From: Thermoprotei archaeon
Lineage (GTDB): Archaea; Thermoproteota; Thermoprotei; Thermofilales; B69-G16
Length of the DNA stretch: 40,953 bases
Assembly: GCA_003649235.1 (NCBI GenBank)
Contig: QMRG01000003.1
Span: 1-40,953, forward strand
Reading direction: 5' to 3'
Position numbers and translations under genes: made by a program. Shown here in pieces: positions 9,745 to 18,039 of the stretch; the stretch's first letter is position 1, and every line of letters starts with the position of its first letter. The notes under the pieces are model-generated. The model was given only the letters and a program-made list of their open reading frames with translations, was not told the DNA's origin and did no database searches.

Positions 9745-9777
9745 AAATATTTAAGCGTTATTGTACAAAAATGTCAT
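9745..9777. promoter_or_regulatory. trpB2 promoter (minus strand) with adjacent TRP-box-like operator
   Basis: Minus-strand TAACGCTTAAATA BRE/TATA at ~9748-9760, abutting TGTACA-AAAA-TGTCAT at 9762-9777. Confidence 0.5.
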
Positions 9778-10021
9778 AATAGTTTTTCTTTTATACGGAA
9801 TATTTATTCTAAAAATTAGAGTCTGAAATCAATGAAAGCTTTATATGTTCCTCGTAAGCTCTACTTTTTAGAATTTTCATTCAAATTTTCTTATTTGTCT
9901 TGTTTTTCGAGTATTTTAACGCCGTTATTTTGAATATTTTACCTTAAGAACTGTTTAATGTCAAAATCAATATTTTAACGCTATTTTTAAAAATCTCAAA
10001 TGATGTATTGGTTCGAGGCTT

Positions 10022-10549
10022 ATGTCAAGTCCGCGTTTATGGGATTTAATAAATCTGAAATTTGGTCGAGCTGAGAAAAAGCTGAGAGTAATAAAAGCTT
10101 TTTTAAAATATGGATTTAAATTGAAAAGAGAAAAGGGTAAAGTATTCATATATTTAGACAAAGTTAAGATTTCATATTCTGCTTTAGCGAATGCTTTAGG
10201 AGTTGATAGAAGAGTAGTTGTAGAAACTGTTAAAAATCTTATTGAAGATGAATTCTTAAGAAACTTTTTTGAAAATCTAGAACCGGCAGGTGCTAGTCTT
10301 AGAGGAGTTTCACGTCTTCTAGGATATCGATGCTTAATAGTCGAAACCTATGAGGATAAGCCTGGAATTTTAGCTTCAGTTGCAGCAGCCCTTGCTAAGA
10401 GGAACATTAATATTTTACAAGTCATAGCCGATGATCCGAATATAATAGAGAATCCAAAACTTTACGTTATAGTATCCGGTGACGTTCCTGGTGATGTTGT
10501 AAACGAAATTTTAGAAAACAAAATTATAAAAAACATTACAATATCATAG
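10022..10549 (+). CDS. ACT-domain amino-acid-binding transcriptional regulator (COG2150, TrpY-like)
   Basis: HTH (SALANALGVDRRVVVETV) followed by an ACT domain (DKPGILASVAAALAKRNINILQVIADDP). Divergent from trpB2. Confidence 0.85.
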   Translation: MSSPRLWDLINLKFGRAEKKLRVIKAFLKYGFKLKREKGKVFIYLDKVKISYSALANALGVDRRVVVETVKNLIEDEFLRNFFENLEPAGASLRGVSRLLGYRCLIVETYEDKPGILASVAAALAKRNINILQVIADDPNIIENPKLYVIVSGDVPGDVVNEILENKIIKNITIS

Positions 10550-10559
10550 GGTTACGGCC

Positions 10560-11099
10560 TTGTTCGAATACGAAGTGAAGGTAAAGGTCGAAGATCTGGA
10601 TAAGATAAGGAATCGCCTTAAAATTTTAGGTGCTAAAAAACTCTGCATAAAAAGAGAAGTAGATATATATTTTCAACACCCATGTAGAGATTTTAAAAAA
10701 ACCGATGAAGCATTAAGATTAAGATTTGAAAAAGAAAAGTCCATTTTTACTTATAAAGGACCTAAAATCAGCAAAGAGATTAAAGCACGGGAAGAAATAA
10801 ACATACGAGTAGGAAAGAAGAACTCGGAAAAACTCATTTCTATCCTTGAAAAACTCGGTTTTTATAAAGTAGCAGAAGTGAAGAAAACCCGAGAAACATA
10901 TAGGCTTAGAGAATACGAGATCAATCTAGACCATGTAGAAAACCTTGGAGATTTTATTGAAATAGAACTCAAAACGCCAAGTGAAAGTCTAGAATCCGCT
11001 ACTGAAAAACTTAAGCTTTGTCTCGTAAAACTAGGCATTAGAGCCACTCCTATTCTAAAATCTTATTTAGAACTTCTCCTAGAAAAACAGAAACGATAA
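10560..11099 (+). CDS. cyaB: CYTH-domain protein (class IV adenylate cyclase-like / triphosphate tunnel enzyme)
   Basis: EYEVK, DIYFQHP.RDF...DEALRLR, TYKGPK, REE, LGDFIEIE and SYLELL motifs. Confidence 0.9.
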   Translation: MFEYEVKVKVEDLDKIRNRLKILGAKKLCIKREVDIYFQHPCRDFKKTDEALRLRFEKEKSIFTYKGPKISKEIKAREEINIRVGKKNSEKLISILEKLGFYKVAEVKKTRETYRLREYEINLDHVENLGDFIEIELKTPSESLESATEKLKLCLVKLGIRATPILKSYLELLLEKQKR

Positions 11100-11109
11100 C
11101 GGTGATCTA

Positions 11110-12363
11110 ATGAGTGAAGCAGATACCATCATGAGCTATTTAACGCTCCTAGCTTACCTAATGGGGCTTACTCTAATTCTCTCTATAATATACTCTATAG
11201 CCGAATGGTTTTCAAAAGATAGAGTAGTTAAAATCTTCGAGGGCAAAAAAGTCTTAGTATTAATAGGTGGGGAAGTATACTGTGGAAAGCTCTACATACC
11301 TCCACGCAGCGGAGGAGGCTTCGAAGTCTTCTTTGAAAGCGATAAAATAGAAAATCCACTATCTCTACTCGCTTTTCTCATTGAAAATTACAAGGAAACT
11401 GGCGATGAGAAGTTTAGAGAAGAAGCTGAAAAGCTATTAGCAGAGCTTAAGAGAAAAGGTGTAATCTCTCAAGACATTGATCTCAATGATATAGAGCTTA
11501 ATCCATGGTCTTCTCCCTCTCTAGTATCTCGAAAAGTCTATTCAAGCGAGCTTAAAGATCTTTACGCTATCATCAGGTTTAGAGACATGCTAAGCGAGAA
11601 TGAGCGGAAAAAGATATGGAAAGAATTACGCAAACTCTATCATCCACCGTTTTTCTCTAGGTTGAAGAGGAAAATATACAATGCTTTAGCATATATCAAA
11701 GATAGATTAACAACCATTTTATCGCCAGCATCCCTACCTATGGTATCAACAGTTCCCGAAGTTAAAAAGGCGATAGAAGATCTTCAGAAAAAGGCTATAG
11801 CCGAACTCGGGACACTCTACGATCCACTCTTGGAAAACAGTATAGGACGATTAATAACTGTTAAGGTAAAAGATATCGACAATGAAGAGAAAATCTATCA
11901 AGGAATACTACGAGAGTATTCTAACAACTATGTAGCCGTATATGATGTAGACTACAGACTTCAAGTAAAGGCTAAATATAAAGGAACAACTATGCTAAAA
12001 AATTATCCTACTCTAATCCATAAAATTCACGGAATAGCATTCAAATATAGCGAGAAAATAACTATAAAATCTATAACCTGTTCTAAAGGTAAGACTAGTA
12101 TTGTTCTAGAAAATTCTAGTAAGAGAATTATACGCGTAGAGAAGGTTAGAGTAGAAGATAAAGAATTGTCATTAGAGAAGGTTTTAAAGCCAGATGATAC
12201 ACTCACAGTAATCGTTGAGGGAGAATACGAAGATCCAAGTATCGAAATAGAATATGAAGTCTCTAGAGAAGCCGATATAATATGGCCTAAATCCAAAGTA
12301 AAGGTTATAGGTCTTGGAGATTATCCTCCAACGATGCTTGAAATGATATTGTCTACAGTATAG
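11110..12363 (+). CDS. Membrane-anchored hypothetical protein with two Sm-like segments
   Basis: 417 aa with a GGTGA RBS and an N-terminal TM helix. Sm1-like segments are FEGKKVLVLIGGEVYCGKL and LENSIGRLITVKVKD...IYQGILREYS. Confidence 0.6.
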   Translation: MSEADTIMSYLTLLAYLMGLTLILSIIYSIAEWFSKDRVVKIFEGKKVLVLIGGEVYCGKLYIPPRSGGGFEVFFESDKIENPLSLLAFLIENYKETGDEKFREEAEKLLAELKRKGVISQDIDLNDIELNPWSSPSLVSRKVYSSELKDLYAIIRFRDMLSENERKKIWKELRKLYHPPFFSRLKRKIYNALAYIKDRLTTILSPASLPMVSTVPEVKKAIEDLQKKAIAELGTLYDPLLENSIGRLITVKVKDIDNEEKIYQGILREYSNNYVAVYDVDYRLQVKAKYKGTTMLKNYPTLIHKIHGIAFKYSEKITIKSITCSKGKTSIVLENSSKRIIRVEKVRVEDKELSLEKVLKPDDTLTVIVEGEYEDPSIEIEYEVSREADIIWPKSKVKVIGLGDYPPTMLEMILSTV

Positions 12364-12377
12364 CAAAGGTAGAAACA

Positions 12378-13523
12378 ATGAAAATAATTTTACTGCTCAT
12401 AATCTCTTTTGTAAACTCGGTAGCTTATGGAATGCTTTGGCCTTTTATAACTATCAATATTTACATGCTGGGAGGATCCATACCTTCTATTGTATTTGTT
12501 CAAACAATACCATACTCAGCGTATATCTTGTCGCGGCTATGGGGGTCTCTCTCAGATTATTTCGGCAAGAGAAAGATTTTTATTATAACAGGACAAGTTC
12601 TTTCTCTAATTCCTCTCTTCATGGTTAGCTTGACTCAAAGACTAGATCTATTAATACTGCTCATTTTTCTATCTAACTTCTTTAGCTCTATCTCCTCGCC
12701 TTCTTTCTTAGCAGCACTCGGAGAGACGGGCGGTGGATCAGCGTATGGGTATTCACAATTAATCGGAAATATAGGATGGACTTTCGGGGCTCTAATAATA
12801 GGTTTTCTCCACGTTATGTATGGGCAGATGGGAGTTTATCTAGTAGCAGCAATAGTGCTCTCTATCTCCTTAATGATTTTCAGTCTATTCTATAGAGAGG
12901 AAAGTAAACCGAACAAAAGTAAACCCTTAAAGTTTAAAATCAAAGAATCCTTTAGCTTAAAACTAAAAGCCAAACCCGGATTCAAGATGTTTCTACTAGC
13001 TATGTTCCTAGCCTGGACAGGGGCTTACTGGAACTCAGAGCTATTAAAAATCAAACTCTTCACATTGCTTGGAGAATCCGTCGAAAAATACAGCGAAGTT
13101 TTCGGATATGGAGTAGGCTTACTCGCTATATTCGCGTCATATATCGCTACAAAAGTTATAGATAAATTTGGAGCTGAAAAACCCCTTACTTTAAGCACAT
13201 GTATTTATACAATTTTCTCTATTCTACTTGGTATATTAAATGATCCAGCGTTATACGTGAGCTTATATATAGTCCCTATTTGGCCTATATTCTGGGCAAG
13301 TCAAGCAGCAGCTACTTATCAATTCTCTGAAAAAGGTTTTGAGGCAGAAAATATGGGAGCTTTTATAGTAGCTACGAGTATCGCTGTCTTGCCAGCTGTC
13401 ATGAGCGGTTTTATAGCAGAAATATTTGACTTAAATATATCTATAGCACTATCAGCATTATTCTTCTTGGCGACTTCTATAGTATTATTCCTAACATTCT
13501 ACATGAATAAGGTAGAAGTGTAA
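12378..13523 (+). CDS. MFS transporter
   Basis: About 12 hydrophobic segments, WGSLSDYFGKRK motif A, and IDKFG in the second half. Confidence 0.9.
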   Translation: MKIILLLIISFVNSVAYGMLWPFITINIYMLGGSIPSIVFVQTIPYSAYILSRLWGSLSDYFGKRKIFIITGQVLSLIPLFMVSLTQRLDLLILLIFLSNFFSSISSPSFLAALGETGGGSAYGYSQLIGNIGWTFGALIIGFLHVMYGQMGVYLVAAIVLSISLMIFSLFYREESKPNKSKPLKFKIKESFSLKLKAKPGFKMFLLAMFLAWTGAYWNSELLKIKLFTLLGESVEKYSEVFGYGVGLLAIFASYIATKVIDKFGAEKPLTLSTCIYTIFSILLGILNDPALYVSLYIVPIWPIFWASQAAATYQFSEKGFEAENMGAFIVATSIAVLPAVMSGFIAEIFDLNISIALSALFFLATSIVLFLTFYMNKVEV

Positions 13524-13544
13524 CTTAAGGTAATTCAGAATGTC

Positions 13545-13580
13545 CGAAAAATTTATAAAATTAGCCTTTATCTAATTTTA
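13545..13580 (+). promoter_or_regulatory. BRE/TATA promoter overlapped by a DtxR-type operator
   Basis: CGAAAAATTTATA (13545-13557) runs into a perfect inverted repeat TAAAATTAG-N7-CTAATTTTA (13556-13580), directly upstream of the DtxR-family gene. Confidence 0.75.
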
Positions 13581-13591
13581 CTGGGATTATA

Positions 13592-14014
13592 TTGCGTCTA
13601 ACTAAGAGGTATCTAGAATATCTAGTTGCCGTCCATGCCGAGGAATACGAAGGTATAGCTAGATTATATAGAATAGCTGAACGTTTAGGAGTAAAACTGC
13701 CCTCGGCTCGTAAAACATTAAAAGAACTTGAAACGCTTGGTCTAGTACTTAGATTCCCTGGAAGAGGCTATAAGCTGACTAGAGCAGGGAAGGAAGTCTA
13801 TCGAAAATTCATATGGAAGCATAGAATCCTCGAGACCTATCTCTGTCGGTTCCTAAACTTTAGTCCCGAAGAGGCTTGTGAATGCGCTTCTCACTTTGAC
13901 GCCTATATACCAGAAGAAGTTATAGGTAGAATGTGCGAGCTCATGGGACATCCTCCTTCCTGTCCCCACGGATACGAAATACCTCACGTAGACCATGGAG
14001 GTGAAGAAGAATGA
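13592..14014 (+). CDS. DtxR/MntR family metal-dependent transcriptional repressor
   Basis: YLEYL, HTH IAERLGVKLPSA, YKLTRAG, KHRILETYL and C-terminal CPHG. Confidence 0.9.
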   Translation: MRLTKRYLEYLVAVHAEEYEGIARLYRIAERLGVKLPSARKTLKELETLGLVLRFPGRGYKLTRAGKEVYRKFIWKHRILETYLCRFLNFSPEEACECASHFDAYIPEEVIGRMCELMGHPPSCPHGYEIPHVDHGGEEE

Positions 14015-15000
14015 AAAAGCTACTAGCCGTAGTAATATTCATCATATTAACTTCGATGGCGAACGCCGTGTATGCCCCAGCTGAAAATGTAGTTGTGGTT
14101 GCGACAATATCTCCTCTCGCAGCTATAGCTAGAGAAATAGGCGGAGATAGGGTAATAGTCCACTACTTAGTTCCTCCTGGAAGCGATCCTCATCAATATG
14201 CTCTAAAACCAGAAGACTTTAACCTTGTTAGAAACTGCGACATATTCATATCAATCGGTAAAGAAGCCTTCTTAGGCAGTCTTCCAGAGAATCCTGGCAA
14301 GATTAGACTTTCCTGGAACGATTGGCTAGAGGCAGGAATTTACATCAAAAATGGCAATCCTCACTACCTCTGGTTATATCCGGAGAACGCTATAAAAGTT
14401 GCCGAGAAAATCTATGAAGCATTAATCAGCATAGACCCCGCCTGGAGACTCTACTATACTGAAAGACTTGAGAAGTTTAAAGCAGATATAGAAAATCTAG
14501 TAAGGTGGATAGATGAGTATACCACGATCGCCAACGTTAAAGGTGAAAAGGTAGTTCTGGCAGGAGCTCATTTCGTACCTCTTGCCGAAGCTATGGGTTT
14601 GAAGGTAGTCGGAGTATTGATAAGAGGAGAAGGAAAAACTCCTTCTCCGCTAGAAATAGCAGAGATAGAGAAGCGAATTAAGGAAGAAAACGTTAAAGTA
14701 GTGATAGTATTGGCTACACAGAAAATAGGAGATGAAGGCAGAATAGCATCAATATTATCCAGGGAAACCGGAGTAGCACTGGTATATTTATATGGCTCTA
14801 TGTTCAGCGGAAACGATAGTTATATAGAATACATCAAGTACACAGTAACATCTATAGTCTCTGCGATAGAAGCGGCTAAGAGCAAAAGTTCATCTGAAAC
14901 ACAATTCCTACAATTCTCTCAGACTACATTGCTAGCATCTGTAGTTATTCTCTTCCTATTATCAATTATTGAAACAGCTATCTTGGTGAAAGGTAGATGA
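14011..15000 (+). CDS. Zn/Mn ABC transporter substrate-binding protein (ZnuA/TroA family) with C-terminal membrane anchor
   Basis: Signal peptide, VVATISPL, PPGSDPHQY, NPHYLWL and a C-terminal TM helix. Confidence 0.9.
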   Translation: MKKLLAVVIFIILTSMANAVYAPAENVVVVATISPLAAIAREIGGDRVIVHYLVPPGSDPHQYALKPEDFNLVRNCDIFISIGKEAFLGSLPENPGKIRLSWNDWLEAGIYIKNGNPHYLWLYPENAIKVAEKIYEALISIDPAWRLYYTERLEKFKADIENLVRWIDEYTTIANVKGEKVVLAGAHFVPLAEAMGLKVVGVLIRGEGKTPSPLEIAEIEKRIKEENVKVVIVLATQKIGDEGRIASILSRETGVALVYLYGSMFSGNDSYIEYIKYTVTSIVSAIEAAKSKSSSETQFLQFSQTTLLASVVILFLLSIIETAILVKGR

Positions 15001-15776
15001 AACCTATTGTCAATTTAGAGAACGTAACCGTAGTCTATGAAAATAGAATAGCTCTAGAAGATGTAACTTTTAAGCTTGAAGAGCCTGCATTTCTCACAAT
15101 CATAGGACCCAACGGCGCTGGGAAGACGACACTCTTAAAAACATTGCTCGGACTTATCAAGCCTATTAAAGGCAGAGTAACCGTACTTGGCTATAATGCT
15201 CTAAAAGATTGGCGTAAAGTAAGAAGATTAACAGGTTACGTTCCGCAAAGAGAGAGAATAGACTCTTCAATACCGATACTAGTTAAAGACGTCGTGCTTA
15301 TGGGCAGAATACCAAAGGTCAATCCTGGATTTAGACTTATGGAAGAAGATGTGAAAAAAGCTAAGGAGGCGCTAGAAAGAGTAAATATGGAAGAATACTG
15401 GGATAAGCCATTTTCTCATCTATCTGGAGGACAGCAGCAACGGGTTCTAATAGCGAGAGCTTTAGCCTCGGAGCCTAACCTATTATTATTAGATGAGCCT
15501 CTTTCCGGCGTCGACGCTACCTCTCAAGAAATAATATTAGAAACTCTTAAAGGAGTTGTTAAAAAGGGAGTAAGTGTCATTATGGTAACTCATGATGTAA
15601 ACCCTGTAATGGAGATAACTGATTATTTACTCCTACTTAATAGAAAAGTTATAGGCTTCGGCAAACCTCAAGAACAAATAAAACCCGACAAGCTACACAC
15701 ATTATATGGTCGTAAAGTAGAGATAATTAGAATGGGTGAAACCTGTTACGTAATAGGAGGCGATGCACACGCTTAA
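14997..15776 (+). CDS. Zn/Mn ABC transporter ATPase (ZnuC/MntB-like)
   Basis: GPNGAGKT, GYVPQ, LSGGQQQR, LLDEP and VTHD motifs. Confidence 0.93.
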   Translation: MKPIVNLENVTVVYENRIALEDVTFKLEEPAFLTIIGPNGAGKTTLLKTLLGLIKPIKGRVTVLGYNALKDWRKVRRLTGYVPQRERIDSSIPILVKDVVLMGRIPKVNPGFRLMEEDVKKAKEALERVNMEEYWDKPFSHLSGGQQQRVLIARALASEPNLLLLDEPLSGVDATSQEIILETLKGVVKKGVSVIMVTHDVNPVMEITDYLLLLNRKVIGFGKPQEQIKPDKLHTLYGRKVEIIRMGETCYVIGGDAHA

Positions 15777-15784
15777 ATAAACAG

Positions 15785-16609
15785 GTGTATGAGATGTTGG
15801 ATATCTTCACCTACAGTTTTATGATAAAAGCTTTAACAGCTTCTATATTAGCTGCTGTTCTTTCAGCTGTTATAGGTTCCTTTACCGTATTAAGAAACCT
15901 ATCGACTATGGGAGCTGCTATAGCTCACGCAAGCCTTGCCGGAGCTCTTCTAGCCTTTTTCCTGGGTATTGAGCCTACTATTGGAGCCATAGTTCTCAGC
16001 ATACTTTTTGCATTGATAGCGGCTTATAGTGGCGAAAAAGGAGGAAAAAGTATGGACGTAGTTCTAGGAGTAACATTCGGTTTTTCAGCTGCAATAGCAG
16101 CACTTATGTTATCTCTGACTAGAGAATACACTGTGGCCGCGTATTCGTATTTAATAGGAGAAGTTCTTGGAGTTACTGACGATGAACTTTTATTATTAGG
16201 TGTTTTCGCTTTCTCTTCACTAACACTGGTAATTCTCTTCTATAAAGAATTTAAGTTTATAACTTTTGATAATGAAGCCGCCGAAGCTATGGGAGTGAAC
16301 ACTAGGCTTTTCCACTACTTGATGATAATGCTCATAGCCGTGACTACAGTAGTAGAGCTTAAAGTCGTAGGCTCTATTCTAGCAGTAGTGTTCCTAGTAG
16401 CTCCAGCAGCAGCTGCTCTAGAATTCTCCCATAGCTTAGAGAAAATGGTTCTACTATCTATACTATTTGCATCGCTGTCCGCAATCCTCGGAGTTATAAT
16501 TTCGATATTCTTTAATCTACCAACAAGCCCTACTATAGGAATTCTAGCAGCGGCGCTATACCTAGTATCTCTGATATTATCGCCTAAGAAAAAATGTTGT
16601 AACTTTTAG
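15785..16609 (+). CDS. Zn/Mn ABC transporter permease (ZnuB/ABC-3)
   Basis: AIAHASLAG, YLIGEVLGV, FDNEAAEAMG and KVVGSIL motifs; multi-TM. Confidence 0.92.
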   Translation: MYEMLDIFTYSFMIKALTASILAAVLSAVIGSFTVLRNLSTMGAAIAHASLAGALLAFFLGIEPTIGAIVLSILFALIAAYSGEKGGKSMDVVLGVTFGFSAAIAALMLSLTREYTVAAYSYLIGEVLGVTDDELLLLGVFAFSSLTLVILFYKEFKFITFDNEAAEAMGVNTRLFHYLMIMLIAVTTVVELKVVGSILAVVFLVAPAAAALEFSHSLEKMVLLSILFASLSAILGVIISIFFNLPTSPTIGILAAALYLVSLILSPKKKCCNF

Positions 16610-17283
16610 AGAATTTTCCTCCTAACTTCAAAAGAAAATTCAGGTTCTATAACTTTAAATAATTCAGGATATTTCTCTCTAGCTTTTTCTAACAACTCTT
16701 TCTGAACGCTCTCTTCTACACGTGGAAAATCTATTATCCAAAATTCGCATCTATCATCTCCGGCCGCCTTACACTTAACTTCTCTAACTATGGCAAATCT
16801 TTCAGTATCTAGTTTTTTAGCAGTATAGAGTATGACTTGACTGGTTTGATAAGCACCTTCATAAGCCCCAGCGGGATAAGTGCATATTGGCTTTCTAATC
16901 GGGAGTCTAACGCCTCTACACCATGGACAATCGTTATCCCAGAACTTAGCTATGAAGATCTTATGTCCATACCAAACCTCCCATCCCGACTCTGTTCCCG
17001 TCGGCATACGTCCGGCAAACGTATACCAAGCGACTTTAGCAATGAGCTCGGTTTCTTCGAAAGGTTTCAATTTTTCCACATCCTTTGTCAAAGCCAGCAT
17101 ATATTCATGTCCCATCGAAAACCCCCAAGTGAAGATACGCTTCATAGCCTCTTCGAATCCCACTAAGTCTATTAACTCAGTGAGAGCTGAAATATAGAGA
17201 GTTCGAATAGTGAAAATATTAGCCGTCTCGCTTCCCAGATGTTTTCTAGCTCTGGCCAATAATAGAGCTAGGAACTCTTTCAT
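16606..17283 (-). CDS. V4R (4-vinyl reductase) domain protein
   Basis: G.SMG helix, DCPWC, PICTYPAGAYEGA and REVKCKAAGDDRCEF form the V4R Cys/Glu signature. Confidence 0.82.
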   Translation of the reverse strand: MKEFLALLLARARKHLGSETANIFTIRTLYISALTELIDLVGFEEAMKRIFTWGFSMGHEYMLALTKDVEKLKPFEETELIAKVAWYTFAGRMPTGTESGWEVWYGHKIFIAKFWDNDCPWCRGVRLPIRKPICTYPAGAYEGAYQTSQVILYTAKKLDTERFAIVREVKCKAAGDDRCEFWIIDFPRVEESVQKELLEKAREKYPELFKVIEPEFSFEVRRKIL

Positions 17284-17290
17284 AGGAGGT

Positions 17291-18037
17291 CTACCTTATT
17301 ATTACTTGCAAATCTTTTATTTTACCTTTAGCATGTAATCTTTTAAGAAATATTAACAAAGTATACGGATCTAAATTAAGTTCTTTTGCTAACTCGCTAG
17401 CCCATTTAGACCCATTTACTAGTTCTAAAATTTTTACTTCTATATCTGAAAGTCCTTCTAGAGAAGGTTTAGAATCTAAAGGAATTGGCAGATAATCTAT
17501 ATGCATAGCTTTTTCTTCAACTCTCTTTGTAGCCTCTTTTTTGACTTCTTCTTTAACTTTTTTTGCCTCTTCTCTAACTTTTAGCTCTTCCATCAATTCT
17601 ATTAAACCATTGCCAGTTTTCGCTGAGACTATTAAAATTTTTGTATTTAAACTTCTAGAAAGGTCATTTAAATCTTCATCACTTATTCTCCTCTCTAGAT
17701 CGGATTTATTACCTATGAGTAAAATCTTTACACCAAAAGGTATGAGGGAATACCACTTATTCATATTAGAAATGGTATCAGGATTTGATAAATCAAAAAT
17801 TAAGAGAGCTTTTTCTATCTTCCACATCTTTATACCATGCACTAATACGTCTACAATGCTCGGATCTCCTCTAATTTCTCTAACATAAAGATCTTCTCTT
17901 ATTTTATAATCTCTAAAGAAGCGCGGTTCACTATAATCTACTTTTACCCCTGGGAAAAGCGTTTCAATAAGAGATGACTTTCCTACCCCCTTATCTCCAA
18001 CGAAAATAATGAATTTTCTTCTAGAAATTAAGCTCAA
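17291..18037 (-). CDS. Ras/Rab-like small GTPase fused to a C-terminal winged-helix domain
   Basis: G1 GDKGVGKSS, LIFDLS, G4 GNKSDL, G5 VSAKTG, and a degenerate G3 (EIRG). A charged helical linker leads to LSDIEVKILELVNGSKWASELAKELNL...LKRLHAKGKI. Confidence 0.82.
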   Translation of the reverse strand: MSLISRRKFIIFVGDKGVGKSSLIETLFPGVKVDYSEPRFFRDYKIREDLYVREIRGDPSIVDVLVHGIKMWKIEKALLIFDLSNPDTISNMNKWYSLIPFGVKILLIGNKSDLERRISDEDLNDLSRSLNTKILIVSAKTGNGLIELMEELKVREEAKKVKEEVKKEATKRVEEKAMHIDYLPIPLDSKPSLEGLSDIEVKILELVNGSKWASELAKELNLDPYTLLIFLKRLHAKGKIKDLQVIIR

Positions 18038-18039
18038 GA

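Noticed and set aside
9725-10021. Trp-rich attenuator leader peptide upstream of trpB2
   Set aside because: There is no minus-strand TGG codon (CCA on the plus strand) in the spacer.
10560-11099. CyaB as evidence of cAMP signalling
   Set aside because: Many CYTH proteins are triphosphatases, and cyclase activity cannot be inferred from these motifs.
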